DNA of 63,994 nt, counting the filler, from Jimgerdemannia flammicorona (Eukaryota): assembly GCA_003990765.1 (NCBI GenBank). It is 3 parts of 3 records of this genome, joined end to end, with 100 filler letters (N's around TTAATTAATTAA, not from the genome) between each part and the next. Parts side by side here need not be neighbours in the genome. Positions count along the whole stretch, not along the records: positions 1 to 21,279 come from RBNJ01001488.1; 2 more parts are not named here. The stretch is one strand, 5' to 3'. The notes under the pieces are model-generated. The model searched no databases, was not told where the DNA came from, and was given only the letters and a program-made list of their open reading frames with translations. Positions 1 through 11,627 of the stretch are shown here, in pieces. Within the stretch, counting starts at the first letter, position 1, and the number at the start of each line of letters is the position of its first letter. Made by a program: the position numbers and the translations under genes.

Positions 1-3000
1 TTTTATAGTTACTTAGACTTCTACTTTATTACCATCTAATTTATATTATATTAATACAACCCCACCTCTTACTCAATCCCATAAGAGGCTTCTCTCCTTT
101 TCTCTCTTCTCTCCTCTCTCTATCTCTCTAGAAAATCACCATCCCTCTAGCTATTCCAATCCTTCCTTCACTCTGTTGATAAATATTTTCTACTAACCTC
201 CTATAAGGTCTCCCTTTAGATCCCAACCCCTTCTACCAGTTATTCAATAGGTCCATCATCAGTTACTTCTATCTAGTAATCTACAATCTAAGTACCAACT
301 GCTGCCCATCCTCAAACATATATAGTTAATATCTGATAAGTCTAACTTAAATAACTATTACCCATTCAATAGCTAACTACTCATCCCCAACCCTTCCCAC
401 CAGTCTCCTTCAAATATTACTCCATATTCCCCCCACTATAGGCCCTATTGGGCAGACTCTCAAGAGATCCTCAATTGTTCTCCAAAAGTCTCCCATTATC
501 TCACACTCTCTAAGTTTGCATCACTCTACTCTTCTGTTCAATATTGAGATACTCCTTATACTCTAATACTCTCTTATCTACCAAATATCCTGACTGATAG
601 TTTAATATTACATTTCACTACAAAAGTCTTTATTATACTACTCAGAACATAGAGAGGATCCACCATACCACTTGCTTGCTCTATGATCAAACTTTATTCC
701 AGTCCTACTCTTTATTTATTCTCACTCTATATTATATCTTGGGCCACAGATCTAGCCCATACTCCCAAAGATACTCTATACCATCCTTCAAGCTAAAGTT
801 ATTTATCAGTATACTCTCTACTAGAAGGTAGTTCTATCTCTACATCTTAGGTCTCCAGTCATCCTTCTCTTCATTACTCTGCTATCTGATGTCAATTCAA
901 TATACACCATTAACCACTTCCTATCAGAATCCCTTAAAGCATATCTTCTGGCTCCTTTCTAGTACTATCAGAGAAAACAGATCACCAGATATACTATAGA
1001 GAGAGAACTGCACCTCCTATACTCTCTATATAAGGAATACTCACTTATGTCCCCTCAACTTACTAGCTCATTTCAACCACTATACTCTTAAGCAATATAG
1101 ATACTTAGTAAAGTCTACTAGACCTAGCCCCCTCTGGTCTACTAGTAACATTACTACCTCTCAGCCAATCTGACTCCTCTGTCCTGCCCAGATCTATGAC
1201 CTGGCTATCTTCAACAGTCTCTTGACCACCCATATCAGGAAATCCAAGTAGTACTCCTAATACTACAACTTGGACAGCCAGTATATATTCAGTACTATCA
1301 CCCTTTTAGCTAGAGAGATGTAATAGCCACTCTACCCTAGAAGAGTATTTCCCCACTCAACTAATCACTACTCTCACCATTCTTGAGACAGCAGAAACTC
1401 ATATACAGAGAAATAGATTATCAGATAATAGACTGTCTCTCTTGCTGGAACAACTATTCTAATTACATCTCTCTCTACTATTCCTTCTTCTAATACCAAA
1501 GTCTCATATTTGTATCAGTTCAACTTGGTACTAGAGTATTCCTCATACCATTCTATGGCCCCCTTTATTATAGCCACATCTTCTACAGAGCCCAGCCTAA
1601 CTACTATATTATCAGCAAAAGCCCCCACCTTTTAATTCACTTAAAGAATATTTAACCCTCCTACCTTATACCTAATTCTGTCTAGTAAAGACTTTAGAGA
1701 GAGGATATATAGGATCAGTAACAGCAGATCCTCTTGTGGCACTCCTCTGCCCAGGGAAAATAAAACCCCCCTATATCCATTTACCAATATTGCAGTCCAA
1801 CTTTCCTCTAACAGCTTGATTAATAATTGTCTGAACTCTGGGGGAACTCTTATATACTTCAGTACTCCCACTAGCCACACTTGCCAGACTCTATCATATA
1901 CCTTCTTTTAGTTCAGAAAAACTAGCTGATCATCTATCTCTATAGCTCATACTTCTTCAATAATATCATACATCCAAGCTATTCTATCTCTTATCAAGTA
2001 TCTCTCAATGAAGTCCCTCTATTCAGTCTCCAGTATCTGCTGAGCCACTCCTTGCAGCCTAGCTATCAATATTTTTATAACTAGCTTGTAATCCATATCT
2101 AAGAGTATGATCAGTCTCTAGTTCTTCCACTTCACCCATCTCTCCTTATTCTTATACAATAGAGCTATCAGTCCTAGGCTCTGTCCTCCAATCTACTCCT
2201 CTGATCTAATAATCTCATCATACATCTACATTATTTTCTCCAAAGCCAACTCCATACCTGTCATCTTCTTCTTGAAATCTCACAGTAGACCATCCTCTCT
2301 AGAAACTATCCTGAGACTTATTGTTGCCAAAATCCTATATATCTCCCCATCTTAGACAGATACTCCAAGATCCCCAAGACCCTCTGCTGGGTCTAGGTGC
2401 CAATCCTCCAGATACTGTTCAATGTCCAGGACATATTCCTCACCTTTCTTCTCACTCTATAACTACTCCCACCTCAAGCTCAACTAGTTTAAGATCTCTG
2501 AAGTTTTAACTACTATCTCTTCTACCTCATTCAATACTCCCTTCCATCTTTGCCTCACTCTTCTTGTCTGAAGGAGTTATGACAGAAACTTCATAGGTTG
2601 CTCCTCTTCTTCAATACTCTGTCATCTCAACTAGACCACCATATTCTTTACCTGCAAATCTTTCTCTTATCTCAGTATCTCCTTCAGCTCCTCTACCTTG
2701 AGTTAGATCTACTGAACCCTTCAATTTTCCTCCTCCCCATTGTTCAGTAAGTCAGTCCAGATCAACAATAACTAATCCAATTACTGAGAGACCCATCTTA
2801 ATTAAATCCTCCTCTCATTACTCTATATTTTCCCCACCTCTCTTTAGAACTTTTAAGTGTCTGATTTCAAATACCACTACTGGTCCCCAATCTCCAGCTC
2901 TCTCACCCTCTAGCTAAGAATCCTGGAACTTATATCTACTACTCATGTATCCCATAATGAGAGCTCTCAGCAATGAGACATTTAGGCACCAATGTCCAGG

Positions 3001-5745
3001 TCCCTCCCTACTTCCCCCAAATCTCTTATAATCTAGCAGATCCTAATGATCAGACTATGGATACTAAATCATCTCCAGAGGACTCTATATATATTTACCC
3101 CAGTACTCTACAGTTAAGATCCAGTCAATCCTTAAGCCCAACCATATTACCCAGTGAGTATAGACTCTATAGTCTCTCTATCTAAGTTACCCTATATCTA
3201 CTGAAGAGCTCAATCTTTCAATCTCCTCTCAGTCCTCTATATCTCCACTTCTACCTATCATCTCTCTTCCTCTATCAGTTCTGTCCAACAGTCTATCTCA
3301 AATCATATTGAAGTCCTCATCTAAATAGTCTATCTCTGCCTCTGTCATCACTTCTACATCTTAGGGTCCTCTTATCCACTCTACACACTCTCTTCTTTCC
3401 ACTGGACAATAATAAGACCCAACAATTAAGGGGCTTCATCCTGGTCTCTATCATATCTCCCACATCACTCTGCTTCTCCAATGTCTAATGTCCCTAATAT
3501 CTCTTTTGCCCTTCTTAACCAAAATGCCCACCCAGCTCTACTAAGCAGCTGCTTTACTCTATTCCCTCATCCAGTCCAGTATGTCTAAGTCTATATCACA
3601 TCCAATATCCTGTAGCAGAAACAGATCTACATTCAGTCTCTTTAACTAGTAGAAAATATTTCTACATCTTACTGCACCCCATAACCCATTGATGTTTAAA
3701 GATAGAATTCTAGTTATACTGTTCATATAGAATAATTATTATAGAGAAAGTTGCTCACTCTATAATTCTATACTCACTATATCACCAATAACACCAGATT
3801 TCTCTCTATCTCAAGCTTCTCAGTCTCCTCCTGCTGGGCATCTAGAGCTATCAAGATCTCCTGACAGTCCTCACTATTTACAGCCTCTATATTAGACTAG
3901 TACTTCTCACACAATACCTGCCACTTTGACAACCCCTTTTCAGAGCCCTACAGATAGGTTGCACAGATATTTGCAATCCCTAGAAGTACCACCTCTCTAT
4001 TGCCATCTATCTCATACTTCTCTGTCTCTAACAGACCTACTATCAGCTCATCTCAAAGCTTTCAAACTACCTCTTTACCTTACAGAATCTCTCTCTAATA
4101 TTGCTTACTTATCATATGGAAATCAATCTCACTCAACTCATTAGCTGTAATATTTGTCAGTACCTTCTACAGTTATCTCTTCTTATCAATAGCCTCATTA
4201 ATACCAAGAGCTATATTCTACCCCCCAACCCCCAGACTTCTCTCAGCATTCATCCTCACTGACTCATCTCAAACCTTCTTCAGTATATCTTATAGCTTAT
4301 CAGGTCCCCCCCACCTAAGGGCACATTATACTATACTTGTACCTCCTCTACTATTATCTAATTCTCAGTCACTATACTCTGCCTGAAGTCTCTATCCTTC
4401 TCTAGGACTATTATAGGTACCACTCCCTTCTCTCCAGCCTATATACTAGCCTGTGATCCAGCTTCTTCAGTGGTATTCTCTCCTACTGCCCTCCTACCCA
4501 GCTTTACCAATAACTCTTTCTGAAGCTATCTCCTCTGTACTCTCTCCCAGACTACTTGATCCAGATATATTTACTTACTGTTTACAATCTCTATTACTAT
4601 CTTAGTCTCAAACTCCTTCTAGATCAGCTATCTCTTCTTCACTACTTCAGCCAAGTCTTTCAATGTCTCCAGTAAGTTCTCATTCTCCTCTAGCATCTCT
4701 TTACTCTTAAGACCTTATATGCTACCAGCTCCTACTTAAGTACTGCTGGCCAATCTCTTTCTTTTTCAGTATTCTCCTTGCCTACTAGTCTCACCCTAAT
4801 ATCCACATTTCCTATCCTGAACTCTGTACCCTCTCAGACCTAGAATTCAATATCCACTATATTACTATACTCTTTGATAACATCAACAATCAACCTTCTG
4901 ACCTTCTCTTTCTTTACTATAGATATATTTACCACTACTAGCTACACCACTTGGAGGTTCTAGTATAGGTACTAGGTTATAAGAATTGCTACTCCTTCTA
5001 CTACTACTCTCTTCTTTAATATTTCTAATATTAACTCCTCCTTCTCAAAGCTAACTTCCACTCCTTTTAGACTCTTCAAGAACTTCACTGATATTACTTC
5101 TTTATCTCCTAGGTTAGAAGCTTTAGTATCATTTTGACTGTAACTATCAAGTCTTAGAAATACAATATGATGGCAAATTCAGATACTGATTTCTTAAATA
5201 ATAGTGTGACCACCAGATTCATTATACTATCAGCCAGATCTCCAGGCCTTGGCCCCCCCCCCTTGCCTAGTTCTACCATTAGTCATCACATCTGGATTTT
5301 TTTCTAGATTAGCAGTTCTCTCTCCATCAACAGTCCTGCTCTTCCCAGCTCCTACTCCTCCAGCCCTATTGCTATCACCACTATAGACCCCTCTGCTAGG
5401 TTCTACAGCTCTCTCTTTCTTCTTGCTCTTTTGCAGCCATCTCTCTAATTTAGTTACCAGATGCCCTATCTTGATCTTATCAGTAAAACTCATCCTTCCA
5501 GACCTCTGTTAACTAGACCCATCTCTACTATCTCTTTATCTACTAGAGAGAGTATCTAATAGACTTCTGCCTAATCTATAACTCCTTCTCACATGCTGTC
5601 AGTTGAACATACTAGGGCTGCCCTACTCAGTATACTCTTTAAAATACTTATTAGTCACTATATTATTAGTATCTTTTCTTCAAAAATAATATTGAAAGTA
5701 TTGACAAAAGTTTATATAATTTGAATTATACTAGAGAAAGATGAG
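1..5745 (-). mobile_element. L1/Tx1-like LINE copy 1, near full-length, heavily decayed (ORF1 ~5665-3760; ORF2 APE-RT-Zn from 3726 to ~30)
   Basis: Minus-strand RT remnant GRGVPQEDLL (1641-1880); EN start and DLFLLQDI at ~3726-3605; ORF1 remnant TANLEKNPDV (5230-5493) shared with other copies; 3' end (GTAATAAAG...AAGTAACTATAAAA) matches 19166-19197; 5' UTR matches 29100-29183 and 31430-31519. Confidence 0.9.
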
Positions 5746-5789
5746 AATTTATAAATCTCTGATAAATATACTTAAAATTAAATTATTTT

Positions 5790-6314
5790 TTCATGATGTA
5801 GTAGATATTACTCTTGACTACTTTTGGTAATAGATAGTTGGATCTCAGTTATTGGAAGTAATTAGAAGATCTAAGACTATCTGGATCAGACATCTTAGCT
5901 ATACTCAACTAGAACTGAAAGCTGATATAGTAATACAATTGAGGTCTACAGACTTGAGTAGTGAGATATTGGAGATCTCCTCTCATCTTATATAAGTTTT
6001 CTACTCATCTCATTGAGGAGAACTAGGTTCTATTTACTGTTTTATTGGAATTTCAGGTATATATTTTTGATCATTAGTATATAGTTATTTACTCTCTAGT
6101 AGTAGGAAGAGTATAGTATATAGAATGAGGTATAGACTACTATAAGCTCTACTGTACTTAGTATGGTTGAGCTACTGGACAATAACTAGTCTAGGTTTAA
6201 TAAGAGTATAGTACTTGAGGAATGATAGAAGAGAGTTTTGGCCTATATAGTTTAGGCTTTCTTCTAATAAAAATTTGTAGAACTTTGAGTCTATAAAAAA
6301 AAAAAAAAAAAAAA
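5790..6314 (+). mobile_element. 5'-truncated copy of a poly(A)-tailed element of unknown class
   Basis: Colinear with ~37770-38392; AATAAA at 6266-6271; A-tail 6295-6314. Confidence 0.7.
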
Positions 6315-6360
6315 GTTTAAGTCTTATCTTAGTAATCTAATAATAAGATCAGATAGATAT

Positions 6361-7910
6361 TATAACATACCTGGCTCAATGGAGGCAAATTACAAGATTT
6401 GGGGTTGGTGTAGTTTGGCTTAAGCCCCTAGTTACTTTGTCAAAAAGCAACAAAATATTCTAAGATTCTTGAGGTCCTTGGTATTTAGTAGTATAATAGT
6501 CAAAGCTAGATATCTGCGAGCAATTTATATATCAATTTCCTAATTGGGATGGTTCTCTGGGTATAGTAGCAATTTGTGAATGGGTTTCCTTCTTAGATCA
6601 ACTGGGAATTGGTAGAATTTTGTATATAGCACAATAATCTCCAAAAGTATATAATTTCTGGCATGATGAACTTGTATACAAAAGTATGCAATTTCTGAGT
6701 GATAATTTTATATAGCACAGGTTCCTTATATATAGCAGTCTGGTAATTTGGCAGATAATGCAATTCAGTATAGTTTCTTCTTACTGGGAATTATACTGGC
6801 AGCAGATTCTTCTCAGGCTCACTAGGAACAATAAATAACTTAGATATTATAGATAATTCAGATAACTCAGATAATTCAGATAACTCTAATATTGCAGATT
6901 CTTTCTGAATCAGTAGGCTTCTGGAAATAACTCAGATGGTATGGATAATTCAGATAACTTAGATAACTCAGATAACTCTGATGTCATGGATTCTTCCTGA
7001 ATCAGCAGACTTCTGGAAATAACTTGAATAGCATGGATTCTTCCTGAATTGGTGGCTTCAACTGGGAATATAGATAACTCAAAAATAATGGCTTCAACTG
7101 GGAAAGAGTCTCTTGGCAAAGTTACATTAAAGACTAGCTTCATTTATATGAACAGATTTACTGCAAAGTTGCATCAGAAACTGGCTTGAGTAAGGTGGCT
7201 TTCTCTTAGGCTTTCTGGGAATGTAGATAACTTAGAAATGGTGGTGAAGTCCTTTACTTGAACTTGGCAGCAAACTCAGATTCTTCAGGCTTATCTGGCT
7301 AGTGAACCAAAAATGTAACAAACTCTTCTTTGTATTGGAAAGTAGACCAGAGTAAGAATAAGCTCACAATCTCTTAGTAGTGGCTATAGAGTTCCTCTTG
7401 AAGTGTGGTAGGCAGACTTGTCTTTTGCTTTAAATTCAGACTCTTCTCTTCTGACTTAGTCTGGTAAATATACCAATAATTCCAAAGGTAGTGAAGTTCT
7501 TCACTTGAACTTGATGGCAAAATCAGCTTTGTATTGGAAAGTAGATCAGAGTAGAAAGAGGACCAATGCTCAATCTTTAGAGGCTTCTTTGATATTTGTA
7601 TTTCAGACTGAGGTTTATTCACTCTTGTCTTTGGGGTATTTTATACAGTTGTGGTTGCTATGGATTACTATGTTTCTAACTATAGATTGTTAACTATGAT
7701 AAGTATTTCTTGAGGGTACAGTGTACCTTGAGGGTACAGTATATCTTGAGAGTATAGTATACCTAGAGGGTATAGGTAAACATACTGTTTCTGGTATCTC
7801 TGGCTAAATATATAGGTTGGTGCAGTAAAGCAGTCTTGGTTGCTTAGTGTACTAGATATAGTATGTGGCTAATTTATGATTTTAGCAGTACCATTCTGTT
7901 GCTCATCACA
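6361..7910 (-). repeat. Gypsy A1 3' LTR
   Basis: Direct repeat of 11628-13176; ends ...CATCACA; adjacent PPT-like tract 7911-7925. Confidence 0.9.
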
Positions 7911-10900
7911 TCAGTCCCTACTAAAAGATGGTCTGCCCTCAGACAATCTTTTAGTCATCATTCCAATATGCATAAGCATCTTCTACATCAATACTTGAAC
8001 CAGTATCTTCATTTAGATCAAAGTCACTCCACTCAACAGATTCTTCTTCTTCCTCTGGGAATAAGATTTCAACATAGTTAATGATGCTCCAGTAGGTAGC
8101 AGGGTTAAGAGCTAGAATGTCTTCTCCCAAATTGTAGATCTTGAGAGTCCTTCTTTCTGGCTTTTTGGTCTGGTTTTTTCAGATCTGACTTTGGTTATCT
8201 CCTCTCTTCAAAGTGTGGATTACATCATAACTGAGATGAATCTTCTGATATCTGCAGTCTCAGTAGTCTGGGTATCTTTCATGATTGCAATATTCCATTG
8301 CTTGAAAATGATATTCCCAGTTATTAATCTCTTATTGTCTTGGGAATCAGTATCCATCTTAGTTGTAAGTTTGGGGAAGGGTAGACAATAGATATATTTA
8401 TGTTCAGGTAAAGAAGCCTTGTCCTCTGAATCAACTTTGTAGCTTGGTGGTGACCTCTTGGAAGATAGTTGACTGTGCAACTATATTCAGAGATTCTGGT
8501 CTCTAGGGTCTCTGTTTCTCCTATTGGTCTAGTAGATGGCACTGATAGCAGTAGTCTCAGAGAGAGTAGAAGACCATTTGGTATGGACATCTTCCTAGCT
8601 GAAAAGTCTTTTCTTGGTGAGTTTCTTTCTTAGAGATAATGGTAATTATGCTGAGTCCTTCTTCTATATTCCAAGGGTCATTGTCTTCAGGTAGTGTCCA
8701 GCAAGAGTTATCTCAGAGAATGAGTTCAGGAACCTCTTCTTCTTTAGGTGCTTCTTGTTCAGGAACTTCTTGGTCAGGAGCTTCTTCTTTCTCATATGAT
8801 TCTTGACCCCAAATTGCTTATACCTCTGCAGCTTTGGTTGCAGGTGTTTCTGGAACATGTCTACATTTCTTCTTCTTCTTTCTACACTCTAGGCAGGCTG
8901 TACCAGGCAATTTCCTTGTCCCAATGATCTTGGAGGAGTGCTTGGGACACTTATATCTCTTGAGACAAATGAGATATCCTTTGATTTCTCCTGCAATGGC
9001 TCTGATGGTAATGGGGACAGTGTTCTTGGCCCATACATTATCTTCTGGTCTGTCATCTACCAGGTTAATTTGGAAATTGAGTCTGGGATCATTTCCATCT
9101 TTAGATTCTTCTTCCTCTTTTGTAGTAGATTTTTTACTACTGGTATATTCTTCCTGAATAGTAACCTTCTTCTTCTTCTTTGATTGCTTATAGCTGGTCA
9201 CCTTAACTTTATACTTCTTGTCTCAGTAGTTAAACTTGAGTACTTGTTGACTGATATCAATAACTATATTCATTTTCTTCATCCAATTGATGCTAAGAAT
9301 CATATCATAGATGATAGCTTCAGTGATAATAGCTTTTGGGATGAAGAACTGAATGTGTCTGAGGGAGATAGTGATGTTTCATACTTCTCCAAGAGGTGGA
9401 GTTTGGGCTCCATCTGCTACTATGATGCTGAGGTTGGATGGTCTATCAATGGGCCATTAGAGGGTATTCAGGAATTATTTAGCAATGACACAGACAGCTA
9501 CTCCTGTATCTATGAGAATTTTTGCTTTTATCCTTCAATGTCTCTATATAAGTAGGTACTGACATATCTCTCTGCAGCATAGATAGATATGGGGGCTAGC
9601 TCTTACTGTGGGATGGAGACTCAGCTAATGCTGGACCTAGTGGTTCTTAACAATTTATTTTCGACTCTAGCTAGTGTCAGTTACAGGAACTGCAGAAGAG
9701 AGACTTCTATCTTAGCTTCTTGAATCTTCTGCCAGGCTTCATTATAGATGTCTCTGGGCATAGTCTTTGGGGTGTACTTCTTCTTGGGCTTTGGGGCAGC
9801 AGGTTCCCATTCTTCTTATTCCATTTCTTCATCTTCTGGTGGCAGTTCATTTGTCTCAGGGACAAAAGGTGAGGGGGTTTGGGGAGGTGTCTCTATCTTC
9901 TCCTCTTTATATTCTTTGTCTTATTCTTGGATGATTCTTCTGCTGATATTCCTGGATGATCTTCCTATAGGTCTCTTCTTTTTTTCTGCTGAATAGATGG
10001 TTTTCCAGATGATAACCTTGATAAGGTACAAATCTAGGTTACTATAATCTTCACTGTTGCTTGCTTCCTCGAAATCTTTGACAGGATGGGCTTCAGTCTT
10101 CTTGTACTGAGTGTCATTCCTTCAGTTTGATGGTTCTGACTCCCTTCAGTCACTTCTTTTATTGTTACATTCAGTGGCATGGTGTCTGAATTGTTTATAG
10201 TGGAAGTATTGGACTTGGGCTCTGTCTCAGACAGGATATCTTCTTTCTTCTTGCTGATAGCTCCTGTTATCTCTGAGTGGATAACCTTGGCTCCTCTGTA
10301 GTGGATATCCTCTGTTGTCTTGGTAGCTCTGATTTTCACATATGGTGAGTTTTTCAATCTGTCCAACCAATCAGTCCAACTTGGAGCTAAGGTCTTGGAT
10401 TTTACTCCTATCCTTCTTTTCTTCTTTATCTGATCTTTTTTCTTTGAATCTCTCTTGTTCTTAGAGGAGTCCTTATAGGGCTTTGATCAGGATGTCTTCT
10501 TTATCTTCTTTCTTGTCATAGTTACTCCAGATAGTTTCTTGTCTAACATCAAAGAATTCTTAGGCTACATCTACTTGCTCTTCAGACCTTCTGATGCCTA
10601 GGGTACAGACATACTGAGCAATGTTTAGAGAAATCCCATTCATGAAGGTTATTGGATCTATGATGTTCTGGTTGGGGACATTAAATCCAGCTGTATGCAT
10701 TCTCTTCTGGATTCTTATAAAGAAGACTCTGAGTAATTCTCTAAGGTTTATCTTTATCTTCATGATGAATTCTTGGGCCTAGTAGTGGGTTTCATTTTCT
10801 GTATATTTTTTGATAAGCCAGTGGACCATGGCTATATACTCCAGCTTATAAGATGCTGCTGCTTATATCTGTCTCACCAGTTCTGAATGGAGGTCATTTG

Positions 10901-11607
10901 CTATTCAGTGGAAAATTCCTCTGATTGGTTCTCTGAGCCGATCCTTATAGATGGTAATTTTTCTTTCATCTGAGAGATTTCTCAGGGCTGCGATTCCTTC
11001 AATTCTATCAAGAAATTCTCTAGGGTCTTCCTCTGGATATCCTGCAAATGTTGGTAATGAGGTGGCCATTTTGTTGTTACTTTCTTCTGATTCTGATTCT
11101 GGTGCAGATTCTAATTTTAATTTACTTTCTGAGCTATCACTGGAGATAGAGGTGCTTGGGTATCCTGAGAATAGTATTCTGGATCTTGGATGAAGTAGAA
11201 TGAGCCTAGATATTCTTGTGGGAGCTATTTCCAATTTTGCAAGAGCTGGTGATAAAAGTTCTATAGGTGAGATTGGTGGAACTAGTATGGGGTATCTGTC
11301 TGTAAGATCTTGGGCTTGTATAATAAGATCTTCTAGTTCTTGTGCAAGTTCTTCAAAATCTCCAATAGGGCCATCTGTATTATCTGGTTGATCTGATTGA
11401 GGATTTCAGGCTGTACTGGCTTCTGATTCTGGTTGGGATCCTTCTAATGCTAGATAGTTGGTAAGTCTTGAGGTAATTACTTCTCTTCCTGTCCAAATAC
11501 TGGTGATAACTGATTCTTCTGTAGTGGCAGAGATTGATATTATATCAAATATATCCAGTTTGACTGTGGGTTCTTGTAAGCTAAAAAGTCACATCAATTT
11601 TGTAATC

Positions 11608-11625
11608 TTCTTAGTTAAACCCCCA
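11608..11625 (-). promoter_or_regulatory. Primer-binding site of family A, tRNA-Pro-like (decayed); second copy at 34387-34404
   Basis: Minus-strand TGGGGGTTTAACTAAGAA (A1) and TGGAGACTCAACTGGGAA (A2) 2 nt after the LTR; both derive by transitions from TGGGGGCTCGACCGGGAA, close to the MLV Pro PBS TGGGGGCTCGTCCGGGAT. Confidence 0.6.
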
Positions 11626-11627
11626 AA

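Noticed and set aside
6830..7030. Repeated GATAACTCA units as a CRISPR-like array
   Set aside because: 9-nt tandem units inside an LTR, no unique spacers, eukaryotic context
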